A stretch of 64,000 bases of DNA, from IMG/VR virus record IMGVR_UViG_3300035034_000851, positions 1 to 64,000 of that record; one strand, given 5' to 3'. A program made the translations under genes and the position numbers. The notes below the pieces were generated by a model that ran no database searches, was not told the origin of the DNA, and saw only the letters and a program-made list of their open reading frames with translations. The stretch is from a virus. How positions within the stretch are numbered: the stretch's first letter is position 1; every line of letters begins with the position of its first letter. Positions 21,801 to 28,855 of this stretch are shown here, in pieces.

Positions 21801-22945
21801 CTATAGATCAGTGGGATGAATTAAAAGAAAGTCAAGCTGATAAATCTACTACAGTTGAAGTAGATGAAATTCCTGTACCTAAAGAAAAAGAAGTTAAAGT
21901 GTTACCAACACCAGTTGAAAAAGTACCTACTACTAAATCTGAAGATGAAGAGCAAAAAAGTTCTGTTCAAGATCAAAGATATACAGATCAAATTCTTTCT
22001 CCAAAAGGAGTTGAAGCTTATAAAAATCAAGGTTTAACAGGAGAAGAAATTGAAAAGCATATTAAAAAGTATTTAACAGATAATATGGAGACTTTTACTT
22101 TAGACGGAGCTCAAGATTATTTAGATACTATAGTAACTGAAAAAATATATGGAGGTAAAAGATTACCTTCTTATAAATTAAATTTAAATTATAAAGTAAC
22201 TTCAGAAAGAATTGAAGATATAAAATCTTTAAAAACTTTAACTGATAAACTTTTAACTAAATTTAATGGTTTAGTAAAAAATGTAGTATTTGATGATACT
22301 ATACAAGGTAAAGGAGAATATGACTCAAAAACTAAAACAGTATATATAAATACTAAACAAGTTACTAAAGATACTCCTTTTCATGAGTTTGCTCACCCTT
22401 TAATTATAGCTATTAGACAAGATAATCCTAAATTATATACAGCTCTTTATAAATCTTTAGAAAATTCTGAACAAGGACAAGATTTAATTAAAAAAATAAA
22501 TAGTGCTTATAAGAATTATAGTCAAGTGCAACTTAAAGATGAAGCTATTGTAACTGCTTTAGGTATTAATACTGCTACATTAGAAGATAAAACTTTAGTT
22601 TCTTATTTAGATAGATTTTGGCAAAAATTAAGACAATACATTATGAAACTATTAAACAATCCAAGTATGGAAATAGTAGTATCAGATTTAGATAATGAAA
22701 CAACTTTAAAAGATTTAGCTACATTAATGATTTCTGATAATAAAATATCAAAAAATTTAATAAAATCTGAATTAAACAACACTTATTCACAAAAAACTGC
22801 TGTTAATAAAGTTAAAAGTATAAATAATAAATTAGGTAGAACTGCAGTAGTAGTAGCTAGAACTTATGAAGGTGCTTATGAAATTAAACCTTTAGTAAGT
22901 GAAAATATTACAAAGATTATTAAAGAATTAGAAGAATGTCAATAA
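9854..22945 (+). CDS. Giant virion-associated RNA polymerase polyprotein (two-barrel RNAP) with zincin-like domains, 4363 aa
   Basis: 'GFRIPTQ...GSDFDVDSLF' (DxDxD at 19163-19177), 'GDGQTW', HEAFH (14888-14902), HEFAH (22382-22396), hydrophobic Ala/Gly-rich N-terminal segments; hallmark of crAss-like phages. Confidence 0.88.
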   Translation: MPEKKVLTVEDFVQQGGTVVPEGVTPEITTPANVGSAPLSGSIAAGEYKGRVSSASFRDLGYDLEHFQARQQTTGEKWSNGIAKFTEQVGTGVVGNVANLFYGTGSAIVNGSFNKFFDNDFTQTLDSWDDATREKFQNFSTNQERDRAWYKNMGTANFWADDFLGGMAFTVSAVLSEITMTAATAATFGATGALQAGMTARLMAKAARGINSLNKANKAKTGVSAISSARSAINAANKIDKTALFTRRLITGAGYEAGVEARGFKDEAWAERLKGLEGVDSKEQLKKSNPELYNTLESSINSAANFVFAGNTALVGLSNFVTLPKTFGKGLFKSGSINSSILSPTRVSGREGAYNLAYNNWNKLQKTSHFSKELIKRPLTEGLFEEGGQGFVKRTGLEYISKSYSPEGVATSYDVVSAMNDAFDKTYGSSFDNEFWKEVGIGMIIGSLGSPTFNFKSGAKGMWQGSLVGAVTDTNDKIAEAEKLVELANADPGMSKLALMQKQANLVHETNKEMHEAHNKKDFYRGKNAESQEFYNMVANRYKLGVSDQMLGDTVEEVENMPIEEFAETFGYEGNMTQEELYARKKEVIETATDNTNRAVEAIRQAEKTIQDYSFVTDAGTLNSSELIEAVAYNDYMVSDLDKREVELADSISKDLNIDARTLLDIRNENNSVRWTKKAIDRFRGHKKELEESEEELKDAESIDASQSEIEVLRKKVNKQKSRYYRALKKEHTKRKNTTNKGKKYDRDFESFKELVESTTALQDQVNNLYVDKPTRAKSTENKLNDLTKMASQREAYVEDMSTLLSIEGFKAFTEELDKVREASIKDSRINLYNKLKEIVQSSETLTEEQIQQITEKIEEQANLDNKDVSKPNTLTTKSENKLIKTIIDNLNTYNETSKTLAQFNNFKVYLTNSKNSLKDKIKNEDDGTVAFEEIKAEYEELLDTIYKLENYVQSSISSLINKSKEKSYNGFTSVLNSVKSFVRFFNKDENGKDINVEEVLQGRSWDEIKKVLQFSVEEWEDAPVEDSPSKNKDGSLMDTDVKVSSSYLHTDGKRYALRIKIGGVLIGALSVPNKFTIDGRPLDFSDLNDIKKLNKDFTPEELKQLNFYKHNYEALVTEALSGTYIGYEALKDVVDFKLYLKQLEYIPKGEGRTSVKDSVDSQVNLGNKKGHLLYNRNGYSVSSEDEEGNVRKTKGAYLFLHEGNKYVLSRQSNPAMYQEAKRIMMEGGAKFTSKLYHSDFLLVPRGNKKDGSSNYGLIGLDYPAENDATIDDETLNTTFAENIEKFSNWSDKQNNENTDKNSKKSIYNMPLTITLVRENSNTKVNLDISVPLLRTKNEDGTWSKKVTLYGNAKGTGSTSLHHSLFLGLSYNEDFSNIQIVTDSKKGEKVDLTVANLKEQINTRLKWSITQKDKRTGTVNVANIITENGTVPSGNVSVANIYPQDVNTAKENLELAARPTDAAIVTEPSSRMTEDIPENFNPTSKDPVTPAPEENSPANPAPQPTNLEPDLNEYGSDLNKTTWEHVPNSLSAGLKLFIKLLGGTEQHEMLLAGDIQSLGPKYLEALTTIAKREFGHDSYNMSQFFNDLQIVEDSINNKENEDDPDSDDLAFSTKKLEGEAVNIAQAKKILSKILPSSIKIKSLDTVLKNLQANGEVFGVFMNNIIYLDSNKATKGTAYHEAFHAVFRTIFTKEEKEQMLILAQKEFGDPTSKDLNELKQVTSRYDKYSKKELTELWLEEKLADKFAEYKPTKLSWLQKLINKIKSWLGFVTDSSLSKVFDAIYEGKLKDRTSTSIVSGEPVFSMLKTSGNNTLTPRNSEIIFSRVHQRYLNNTSEESYKVKITKAIEEVKEELNWINNPRIATAKSKKMYNSLRGQGLQLNEKLIRDEISSRIGNYNFNVNTKEVEEENTDNDDETPERDFNPDLGKYAGISSLSKRIRTYLTTVHQSEDYLGLNLTEEELKDDMWKVSVNHDRVYDALVRGLADVAEKDILPRIYFMGQSNPSIKTFFDKVIIDIHKEAGIEEDFDIKNSLNYDRSTLYRELVSNFDKTKVNFQSMIYDPKSKTYRIFNSNRKNIARDQVSKWNANFNIARNSVDPNQASDFIEKEVMEVYGPNATKNEGIGTWVANLDNNAKFVRDSLEEKIGLKLHIDYVKWSMIKDSLISENTVEINGEMLENSITGLIEHYKNIGNTNLAVLEDLVQFYETFESAGNSLDQEVDGVRLLSDRLLSILRDDKANHNPFALQSDDIDEDVARQGAGAVTRFKFIASANSIFDSTLSETTFRNNEGNNISDKVSNSFYTDMFRILKTPKFKFLLKDIKEGVASWEDLKSVLEDNQIFYTDDFIKLYMEAISNNPLLTENLDDIFNANKETEILGGIREATFTEDGSVNTQSDFKNGKDFKNMTPIERMLFNMYNYENSFFTKNKKTYSKFSLEVNEDKNTSYIFSLPVKEYLFKGKPNAVFLKDYFKLFQTEFNIIKNDTLVDKINKFNVGEESDRKNKFFKFNFLSDDLKKALLNSDTITEELEKEVKKQLAADATKKINNYVNVLKKEQATDSLPESFASQSGVDSNKQPIYNVNREEVGKFVLNTFINSHSLSDLMNGSDMVGHNSILDIIKRNGGKVAYGQSLGSGHTNIATIKDYSIPGINYSKDENGKEKGLIDEAGDGQTWSTPGWRINTYLRGIGKFRNELERSYTKDGIGLLDKARLGIELNLKELNVMKKHNALFNSLKIVGRDAQSYLKTSISTISRADVSKLAFKDRQEAVNLLRDIKEIEISGENEEILDYLFTQLHALYKPLPHRIEMHNMLNDMELNNVHLVTYESAMKTAIINSADYAKGEKLSPIKMSNRILREQVNTDGFKEEIVDGTQLLNIIWSEQSDEKQALVSKYKSYLAERSKEGFDILKGTIFEDMPNKKDIVPRYKELYKEFKANIASSLEDPYMAQLFELDPKGQPLYDNNFTAVVSKFESMFLSYVSKHSFKFKSAGRKYTLTANAGYRVKVDKNDNVIPTDSNNTHSSVRRLKYDKKTGIAEVIVSKYAFKDHLEEIKENNGFIPEYLAMQLGFRIPTQDNSSIVKLKIVDMIDGAYGSTIIIPSEINEISGSDFDVDSLFAKLFNFTNKGKFGDYKNIKSEELAMQAAMTEITESKLVKSKVREAVRNISEDFRHLMNIQSNTLEVDEFDEYIKEMALKNGKIEAAIDSVYADLGILTIPMFKESDYFDKFIAVRKGDNYGTSLTREELDNNILEAQMELAFNDHATETSEREPILETYKFLEEQGITLKDNVSGAHDPASQYQAHKANYAGSGGIGPMALFNIAFQYMRANDSKFTTKVKEIEDVDGIDVIKVVEKPLEVYPGFSSFNTDMAGKHRVNKLISAFITAFTDNAKHLDSEKLGINKNLITHIATVFSSGVPLNEAVPFFLQDSIQIWKDIKANKSYITDEDIKKGLMEKAKANGFSKSDLEIAFGSKIKYKVNKENILANLKFQEDNYARVEDSIEINKRFISPELKRWVDINLQSYEYFKNTDKIANEIFHFTRVLSLVKGVKKSTANVQSILDSTKKLGVGFNSGYKVVSNLDKVMTATNWFSIINKNKNIERSLLNLKELDRDILKEFLISHSIGGKDLLESLIINNKSNRFTKEDDFKTVLGEFSSFIQLKAYMHKGKNKIKYDFNDDIFNREFYDTLNDLKAEAKAGDTILQENKLLQQLRQRNYKFKDKSDFAGLLLTWGEMNTNTKKDADDTTELLDGFSELHESSNPKAKKLAKLIFKQVAIKDNFKFKSNSLIRLISLRYLKPNLIDLLPEIKEALNSGTPAKYDALFGMDLGQLRDDFIKSYSRNTVNYKNVRTLNNNQLKSLLGATNEEGYVRSGFDADNLPTYQTVNDPFNNNLVSYYKGKDGIERLYFNSEINKKIGKNMESLAKSKLFDLDMNWETGYNRLTFPRVIRVAQEYYQLEGFTREKINKGSKASYVKVNRIGNYLMSPYAFTIDQWDELKESQADKSTTVEVDEIPVPKEKEVKVLPTPVEKVPTTKSEDEEQKSSVQDQRYTDQILSPKGVEAYKNQGLTGEEIEKHIKKYLTDNMETFTLDGAQDYLDTIVTEKIYGGKRLPSYKLNLNYKVTSERIEDIKSLKTLTDKLLTKFNGLVKNVVFDDTIQGKGEYDSKTKTVYINTKQVTKDTPFHEFAHPLIIAIRQDNPKLYTALYKSLENSEQGQDLIKKINSAYKNYSQVQLKDEAIVTALGINTATLEDKTLVSYLDRFWQKLRQYIMKLLNNPSMEIVVSDLDNETTLKDLATLMISDNKISKNLIKSELNNTYSQKTAVNKVKSINNKLGRTAVVVARTYEGAYEIKPLVSENITKIIKELEECQ

Positions 22946-22966
22946 AAATATATTATATTTGTAACA

Positions 22967-25900
22967 ATGGGATGTAGAAAACAGATTATACGAGATGATA
23001 AAGGAGAAATTGTAAAAGTATTAGCTTATCCAGAAGAAGAAATTAGTATGGATAAAATAACTTATACAGATGAAGAAGGAAATCAAACAGAATCTAAATT
23101 ATTTAATTCTATATTAGAATTACCTAATATTAATACTAAAGAAGAAGCGTTAGCTATTTGGGCACAAACTAAAACTCCTGAATTTATAGAATGGTTTGGA
23201 GACAGTAAAGTTGTAGATGAAAATGGAGAACCTTTATTAGTTTATCATGGTTCAAATGATCAATTTAGTGAGTTTAAAACTAATTTTCAACAAGAAAATC
23301 CTAGTATAGAAATAGAAGACTCTGGATTCTTTTTTTCAGAAAGTAAATCTCATCCTTATGTTAAAGGTAAAGAGGGTACTTATCCTACATTTCTGTCTGC
23401 TAATAATATTAAAGAATTAGAAGGTGAATTACATCACATGACAGCTCAAAAAGCTAATCAAGAAAAATTTGATGGAGTTACTGGAAAAGAAACTTATGGA
23501 GATAAATCTTTTAAAACTTGGGCAGTATTTAAACCTAATCAAATAAAATCTGTTTTTAATGATGGTGAATTTTCAGAAGATAATAATATTTATCAATCTT
23601 TATCTGAAAAAGATTTAAACTTTTATGATTCACAAGTAAATCAAGAAGAAACTACTTTATTACAAAAACAAGTTGTAGAAAACATTTTATTAAAAGCTAA
23701 GAAAGTTTCATTAACTGATGATGAAACAGGTTATAATGTTAGAGGTGATGAAGTTAAATTTCAAAGAGTTTCTGCTGTTATTAAATCATTAAAAAAAGGA
23801 TATTTTGCATTTAATAAAAAAGAACAAGAAGAAGAAAATTATAATGCTAATAGGGATTGGGGTAATATTGTACACAAAATATTAGAGTTTACAGTAATAG
23901 AAAATCCTAATACTAAGCAAGATATAAAAGACATGATTTATCAGTTGAAAGCTGAAGGTAAAGATATTGATGTAAGTGATGAAGTTATTGATAATTTAAT
24001 TAAAAGTTTTAAAATTATAAAGAATAAATTTCCTAATAGTATAATGCTTTCAGAAATTCCTGTTTATAATGATAATATAAAAGTAGCAGGAACTATAGAT
24101 TTAATTGTTGTGCATCCTACTGGTTCTACAGATATAATAGATTTAAAAAGTTCTGTAGATCCTATTACAAAATCTTTTACAAAACTTTCTACAAAAGGTT
24201 TTCCTGTAACTAATTCATATGTAAAAGGTTTCACTCCTGACGGGGGGAAAAGAATGGCTAGTAAAAAAGAAAGACATGAAGCTCAATTAACTATCTATAA
24301 ATCTATGTTAGAAAATTGGGGCATACCTGTAGATAAAATAGGTGTACTTCCTTTACACATCACTAAAACAGATGGTAATAACATTATAGAAGCAGGTATT
24401 GAAACTAATAACAGTGTTTATAATCATTCAGTATCAGAAGATATTTATTCAGCATTTAAAGCTAAAGATCAAGCATCTTTTGATAAAAATGCAGATTCAG
24501 AATTTATTAATAGTTCTTTATTAGAAGGACTATTAGCTACTTTAGAAACTCAAATTAAAATATTCCGTAAAAATGATAACTTTAAAGAAGCTAGAAAAAT
24601 TCAAACTATAAAAGAAAAAATAGAAGTACTTAATACTGCTACACAATTAAATAAACTAATAGAAGAATTACATGAAATTTTTACAGCTGAAGATGGTCAT
24701 TATGCCCAATTTATGTCTTTAGTAGAAAATGTTAAAAATGGTTTATATAATGATCCTTATGAAGTTATAAATGAATTAAAAACATATCAACAAGAAGCTA
24801 ATATGTATAGTGATCTTATAGATGATTTGTCTCTTGAATTAAATAAAACTAAAGTGGTAGGTGAAGCAAATTCATCATTACGAAAATTAGCAGATTTATC
24901 TCTTCAATTAAAAGGTATAAATTCTCAATATAAAAAAGTTATTAATCCTCTTATAGCAGATCAATTAACTCAACATGTATCTGAAGATAATGAAGTAGTA
25001 AAAAATGCTAATATGATGATTGGAAAATTATCTAATAGAAATGAAATATTACAAGCAGAAATTGAAAATGAAGCAACTACAGATCGTAGAAAAAGAAGAA
25101 ATACTGCTACAATAGCTAGTAATAGTAATAAAATAGCTAAATACAAATTGGCTTCTTCAGATGGATATAGAGCTGCAGTATTAGATCAATTAGATAAAGG
25201 TAGTTACAAAGATATTTCTGTAATAGAAGCAAGTATTATTGCTCCAATAATGAATAGTAATTTACTTATTAAATCATTTATGAGAACTCTTAAAGATGGT
25301 TATGAATCTTTTAGAGCGGGTTTACATAAATTAGAAAAAGATTCTTTTAAAATATTTAAAGAATTTGAAAACCATAAAGGTAATCAAAATGATGTTGCTA
25401 AATTTAATGAAGATATAATTGAAAAAACTGTTAGCCAAGATGGTGAAGAAAATTATGGTTTTGTTCAAAAAATAGATAATCAAACTTATTCTAAAGATAG
25501 AAAAGAAATTCAAAATGAAATTGAAGAATATAATAAAACTAACAGTAAACGTAAAAATTTAAATAAAGAATTATATGAAAGAGGATTAAGAATACGAAGA
25601 CCTAATGCTGACACTACAGTTACTAATCCTGTTACAAGTAAGCAAATAGTTTTAATGAAAGGTCTTAATACTATTACACAAGACAAAAAAGAACAACTAA
25701 CTGAAAATGAATATAATAGATGGTACAGTAATAACGTAGCAACTATAAATGGCAAATTAACTTTAGTAGGTAAAGAAGTTACAATGATAAATGATGTAAG
25801 ATATTTAAATCCTAAATATACTAAACTTGAAGCTAATAAGCCTGCTAAAAAATACTATGATTATTTGCTAGCAGTACATTATGAAAGTCAAGAAGGTTTA

Positions 25901-27718
25901 CCTAGAAAACTATTTCATAAATTACCTCAAATAGAAAAAAATACAAAAGATAGAAGAAGAGAACAAGGAATAGTATCTACTGCTAAACGTAAAGTCTCAA
26001 CTACTCTTAGTACTTTAGAAGTAATTGATGAAGAAGATTTTGGAAATATTTCTAATAAAAAAAATGATGGGAAAAGTGTTGCACTACTTTATATCGGTGA
26101 TATAGGTGCAGAGAATGTCTCATTAGATGTCATGAGTTCTGTATTAGCTTTTAGAGAAGCTTCAGAAAGATATAAAATTAATTATAAACTACAAGGATTT
26201 TCAGAAGCAACACTTGGTGTTGTTCAAAATAATAATCCGTTATCTGATAATAATACTGGCTATAGTGAAGCTCGTAATAAAATACCAGGTTTTAATAAAT
26301 ATATGAAAGAATATAATGGCAACAATGTTGCTGCTGCTTTAAACAGTATTATAGATATGCATATATATGGAAAGAAAAAAGAATTATCAACTTTAGAAGT
26401 ATTTGGTCGTAAATTTAATATGAACAAATTAGCTGATACTTTAATGGGTGCTGCTAGTTTCACACAAATAGGTGGTGATCCAGTGCTAGCTGCAAGTAAT
26501 AGTTTAACTGCTAATACATCTGTAAGAATGGAAGCTTTTGGTGGTAAACATTTTGGCTTTAAACAATGGGCTAAAGCTGCTACTATTTATACTTCTAATG
26601 AAAGACAATTTTTAGTTGATTCCAGCCAAGGTGCAAAAACAGGTAAAATATCTCAATTATTAGAATTATATGATGCTTTACAAGGTGAGTATACAGATGA
26701 ATACGGTAGAAAAATGACTCATTCTAAAGTAAAAAAAGCTTTTAGTACAAGTACTTGGTTTAGTGGTATGCATAAAGGAGAGCATAGAGCTCAAACAAAA
26801 ACAATGTTAGCTACGCTATTAAACATAGATATATTAGATAACAATGGTAATAAAACTAACTTATATGAAGCATATGAAGTAGTTGATGGTGTATTAAGTA
26901 TTAAGAAAGGGTACACAGGTATAGATGGTAAATCATTAATGCTAATTAACACAAAAGTGAAGCATAAAGTACACGCAATAGCTAGAGAAGCTCAAGGTGT
27001 TTATAATGATTTTGATAAAACTTTACTACAACGTCACTGGTTAGGTGAAACGTTGTTAATTTATAAGAAATTTATCATTCCTGGTGTAACAAGGAGATTT
27101 AGAGGTCTCCATTTCAGTGTAGAAACTGAGGATTTTACTGAAGGATACTTTACAACTTTCTATTCTAGTTTAAGAAATGAAGGTTTAAGTATGTTTAAAC
27201 AGTTGTATGAAAAAGATAGTAATTTAACTTCTCTTGAAAAAGAAAATATAAAAAAGACTCTTGGTGAAATATTAACTATGATGGTTTTTTCATTTTTATC
27301 TTTTGCATTTTTTGCTATGAGAGCTAAAATGCCACCTGAAAAAAGAAAAATGATGACTTATCTTACTTATTTTACAACAAGATTAACTTCTGAATTAGCA
27401 TTCTTTAATATGGGACTAGGTGATGTTAGAAATGCAGGATTTCCTTTAAATATAAATCCTACTCTAAAGTCTTTTAGAACTCCATTTGCAACATATTCTT
27501 TTGTTACTAAAATGTTTAAAAGTTCTGCTGACGCATTTGCGTTAATTAGTGGTAATGGTAGGTATGAACGTGATATGAAATATACTTTACCTTTTTTAGG
27601 AAATATTGCTGATAAAGGTGATCCTAAAGTTTGGAAAGGTATTGCAAAACTAATTGGAATGGGTGACAAATTAGGTAATATGGATGAAGCTTTAAAAATT
27701 ATAAAAGGTTTTGAATAA
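22967..27718 (+). CDS. Large virion/ejected protein with ART-PolyVal-like and PD-(D/E)XK nuclease domains, 1583 aa
   Basis: 'WFGDSKVVDENGEPLLVYHGS...FKPNQIKS' (ART-PolyVal-like); 'SEIPVY.....AGTIDLIVV......IIDLKS...QLTIY' (PD-(D/E)XK); C-terminal hydrophobic helix. Confidence 0.7.
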   Translation: MGCRKQIIRDDKGEIVKVLAYPEEEISMDKITYTDEEGNQTESKLFNSILELPNINTKEEALAIWAQTKTPEFIEWFGDSKVVDENGEPLLVYHGSNDQFSEFKTNFQQENPSIEIEDSGFFFSESKSHPYVKGKEGTYPTFLSANNIKELEGELHHMTAQKANQEKFDGVTGKETYGDKSFKTWAVFKPNQIKSVFNDGEFSEDNNIYQSLSEKDLNFYDSQVNQEETTLLQKQVVENILLKAKKVSLTDDETGYNVRGDEVKFQRVSAVIKSLKKGYFAFNKKEQEEENYNANRDWGNIVHKILEFTVIENPNTKQDIKDMIYQLKAEGKDIDVSDEVIDNLIKSFKIIKNKFPNSIMLSEIPVYNDNIKVAGTIDLIVVHPTGSTDIIDLKSSVDPITKSFTKLSTKGFPVTNSYVKGFTPDGGKRMASKKERHEAQLTIYKSMLENWGIPVDKIGVLPLHITKTDGNNIIEAGIETNNSVYNHSVSEDIYSAFKAKDQASFDKNADSEFINSSLLEGLLATLETQIKIFRKNDNFKEARKIQTIKEKIEVLNTATQLNKLIEELHEIFTAEDGHYAQFMSLVENVKNGLYNDPYEVINELKTYQQEANMYSDLIDDLSLELNKTKVVGEANSSLRKLADLSLQLKGINSQYKKVINPLIADQLTQHVSEDNEVVKNANMMIGKLSNRNEILQAEIENEATTDRRKRRNTATIASNSNKIAKYKLASSDGYRAAVLDQLDKGSYKDISVIEASIIAPIMNSNLLIKSFMRTLKDGYESFRAGLHKLEKDSFKIFKEFENHKGNQNDVAKFNEDIIEKTVSQDGEENYGFVQKIDNQTYSKDRKEIQNEIEEYNKTNSKRKNLNKELYERGLRIRRPNADTTVTNPVTSKQIVLMKGLNTITQDKKEQLTENEYNRWYSNNVATINGKLTLVGKEVTMINDVRYLNPKYTKLEANKPAKKYYDYLLAVHYESQEGLPRKLFHKLPQIEKNTKDRRREQGIVSTAKRKVSTTLSTLEVIDEEDFGNISNKKNDGKSVALLYIGDIGAENVSLDVMSSVLAFREASERYKINYKLQGFSEATLGVVQNNNPLSDNNTGYSEARNKIPGFNKYMKEYNGNNVAAALNSIIDMHIYGKKKELSTLEVFGRKFNMNKLADTLMGAASFTQIGGDPVLAASNSLTANTSVRMEAFGGKHFGFKQWAKAATIYTSNERQFLVDSSQGAKTGKISQLLELYDALQGEYTDEYGRKMTHSKVKKAFSTSTWFSGMHKGEHRAQTKTMLATLLNIDILDNNGNKTNLYEAYEVVDGVLSIKKGYTGIDGKSLMLINTKVKHKVHAIAREAQGVYNDFDKTLLQRHWLGETLLIYKKFIIPGVTRRFRGLHFSVETEDFTEGYFTTFYSSLRNEGLSMFKQLYEKDSNLTSLEKENIKKTLGEILTMMVFSFLSFAFFAMRAKMPPEKRKMMTYLTYFTTRLTSELAFFNMGLGDVRNAGFPLNINPTLKSFRTPFATYSFVTKMFKSSADAFALISGNGRYERDMKYTLPFLGNIADKGDPKVWKGIAKLIGMGDKLGNMDEALKIIKGFE

Positions 27719-27723
27719 TATGT

Positions 27724-27748
27724 AATAAAGGGGAGATTTATTCTCCCC
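27724..27748 (-). terminator. Intrinsic terminator at the convergence of the two genome arms
   Basis: GGGGAGA-5nt-TCTCCCC stem (27730-27748) followed on - strand by TTTATTA. Confidence 0.7.
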
Positions 27749-27769
27749 AGTATTACTAACAGAATGTCA

Positions 27770-27955
27770 CTATTTTTCAAGTGCATAATCTTTAAGTTCA
27801 GGTTTAAAACTATTAGTATTATGTTCTTCTAATACTAATTCATTGTTGTCAAGAATTATTATTCTATCAATCCAACTTACTTCCTGAACTGCTTTAATTT
27901 TTTTAGTTTTATGTTTCCATACTTTAAATGGAATTTTTAAATCATGTAATCTCAT
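27770..27955 (-). CDS. Hypothetical protein (61 aa)
   Basis: Overlaps upstream gene in a tightly packed operon. Confidence 0.5.
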   Translation of the reverse strand: MRLHDLKIPFKVWKHKTKKIKAVQEVSWIDRIIILDNNELVLEEHNTNSFKPELKDYALEK

Positions 27956-28259
27956 ACAAGGTATAATTTACAGTTAATTCTTCTCCTATTTCAATATTTT
28001 TAATAGGAACTAAAGTATAATAACATACACAACAGATATTCATTCCATCATCAAAGTTGTGTTCAATTTTTTCACAATTAGGTTCATCAGAATGATTGTA
28101 GAACCCTCCAAGAGGTGTTCTAATCAATCCATTCCAAACAGTGTGTATATGTGATGTTCCAAGTGATTTGCCAGCTTCTAAAGGCTCTACAGCAAACAAT
28201 CCTAATCCCTCTATAAGGGAATTTTTTATGGTTAAATTTTTAGGTAATGGTCTATACAT
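27942..28259 (-). CDS. SET-domain protein (putative lysine methyltransferase)
   Basis: 'S.IEGLGLFA', 'GFYNHSDEPNC', 'KNIEIGEELTVNY' are the SET signature motifs. Confidence 0.88.
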   Translation of the reverse strand: MYRPLPKNLTIKNSLIEGLGLFAVEPLEAGKSLGTSHIHTVWNGLIRTPLGGFYNHSDEPNCEKIEHNFDDGMNICCVCYYTLVPIKNIEIGEELTVNYTLYEIT

Positions 28260-28596
28260 TTTTATTATACCATTTTATAAAATCAATAACATCATTGTAA
28301 GTATTTTTTATAAATTTAGTGTTTATGTATATACCCCCATCACTAATCATATTGCTAGTATTATTTAAATATTCAACATAACAATCTTTACTTTTTATTT
28401 TATCAATTACTGGTATAAGCCAATCCCAAGAAATATTATAAATAAAATCACTTAATGAACCATTATTATTTATATTTGTATAATAAGGAGGTAATATTCT
28501 ATTTTTATCATTATTTTGTAAATAATTTTTACCATATTTAGGATGTGTTTTCCAACCCATAAATTCGGCAATTAATTTATTATTAGTTTTAATCAT
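28252..28596 (-). CDS. Hypothetical phage protein (NNKLIA...SWDWL family); paralog of 43271-43624
   Basis: Likely start at ATG 28596 (MIKTNNKLIAEFMG); shares 'NNKLIA' and 'SWDWLxP' with 43271-43624. Confidence 0.6.
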   Translation of the reverse strand: MIKTNNKLIAEFMGWKTHPKYGKNYLQNNDKNRILPPYYTNINNNGSLSDFIYNISWDWLIPVIDKIKSKDCYVEYLNNTSNMISDGGIYINTKFIKNTYNDVIDFIKWYNKNV

Positions 28597-28855
28597 TGTA
28601 TTTATTTGTATAAAAATAATATTTGTGAGATTTACCCCAAACATTTATAGGTTTAAACATTGACAAAGTATTTCTAAGCATTAGATTAAAATCTATATGC
28701 TGGTATCTTGATCTGCCATGTACATCCATCTGAAACTTTACTTTATGTCCTTTATCTATAAATTTTTTAGCTTGAACTATCCTATAGGATAAATCATGAT
28801 CTGAAATTTGAATACTAAGCTTAATTGTTTTATCTTTTTTTAATTTTTCCGCCAC
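28589..28855 (-). CDS. Translation initiation factor IF-3, C-terminal domain only
   Basis: 'KTIKLSIQISDHDLSYRIVQAKKFIDKGHKVKFQMDVHGR' matches IF3-C; probable GTG start at 28855 overlapping the upstream ORF end. Confidence 0.75.
   Translation of the reverse strand: MAEKLKKDKTIKLSIQISDHDLSYRIVQAKKFIDKGHKVKFQMDVHGRSRYQHIDFNLMLRNTLSMFKPINVWGKSHKYYFYTNKYND

Noticed and set aside
599-27718. Stop-codon reassignment (TAG/TGA), known in some Crassvirales
   Set aside because: Very long ORFs are uninterrupted in code 11, and TAA, TAG and TGA all end genes at tight junctions
3781-27786. Minus-strand ORFs inside the structural genes (e.g. 7140-7463, 10279-10605, 12241-12687, 27367-27786)
   Set aside because: Antisense shadows of long coding genes with Ser/Leu/Phe-rich composition and no motifs
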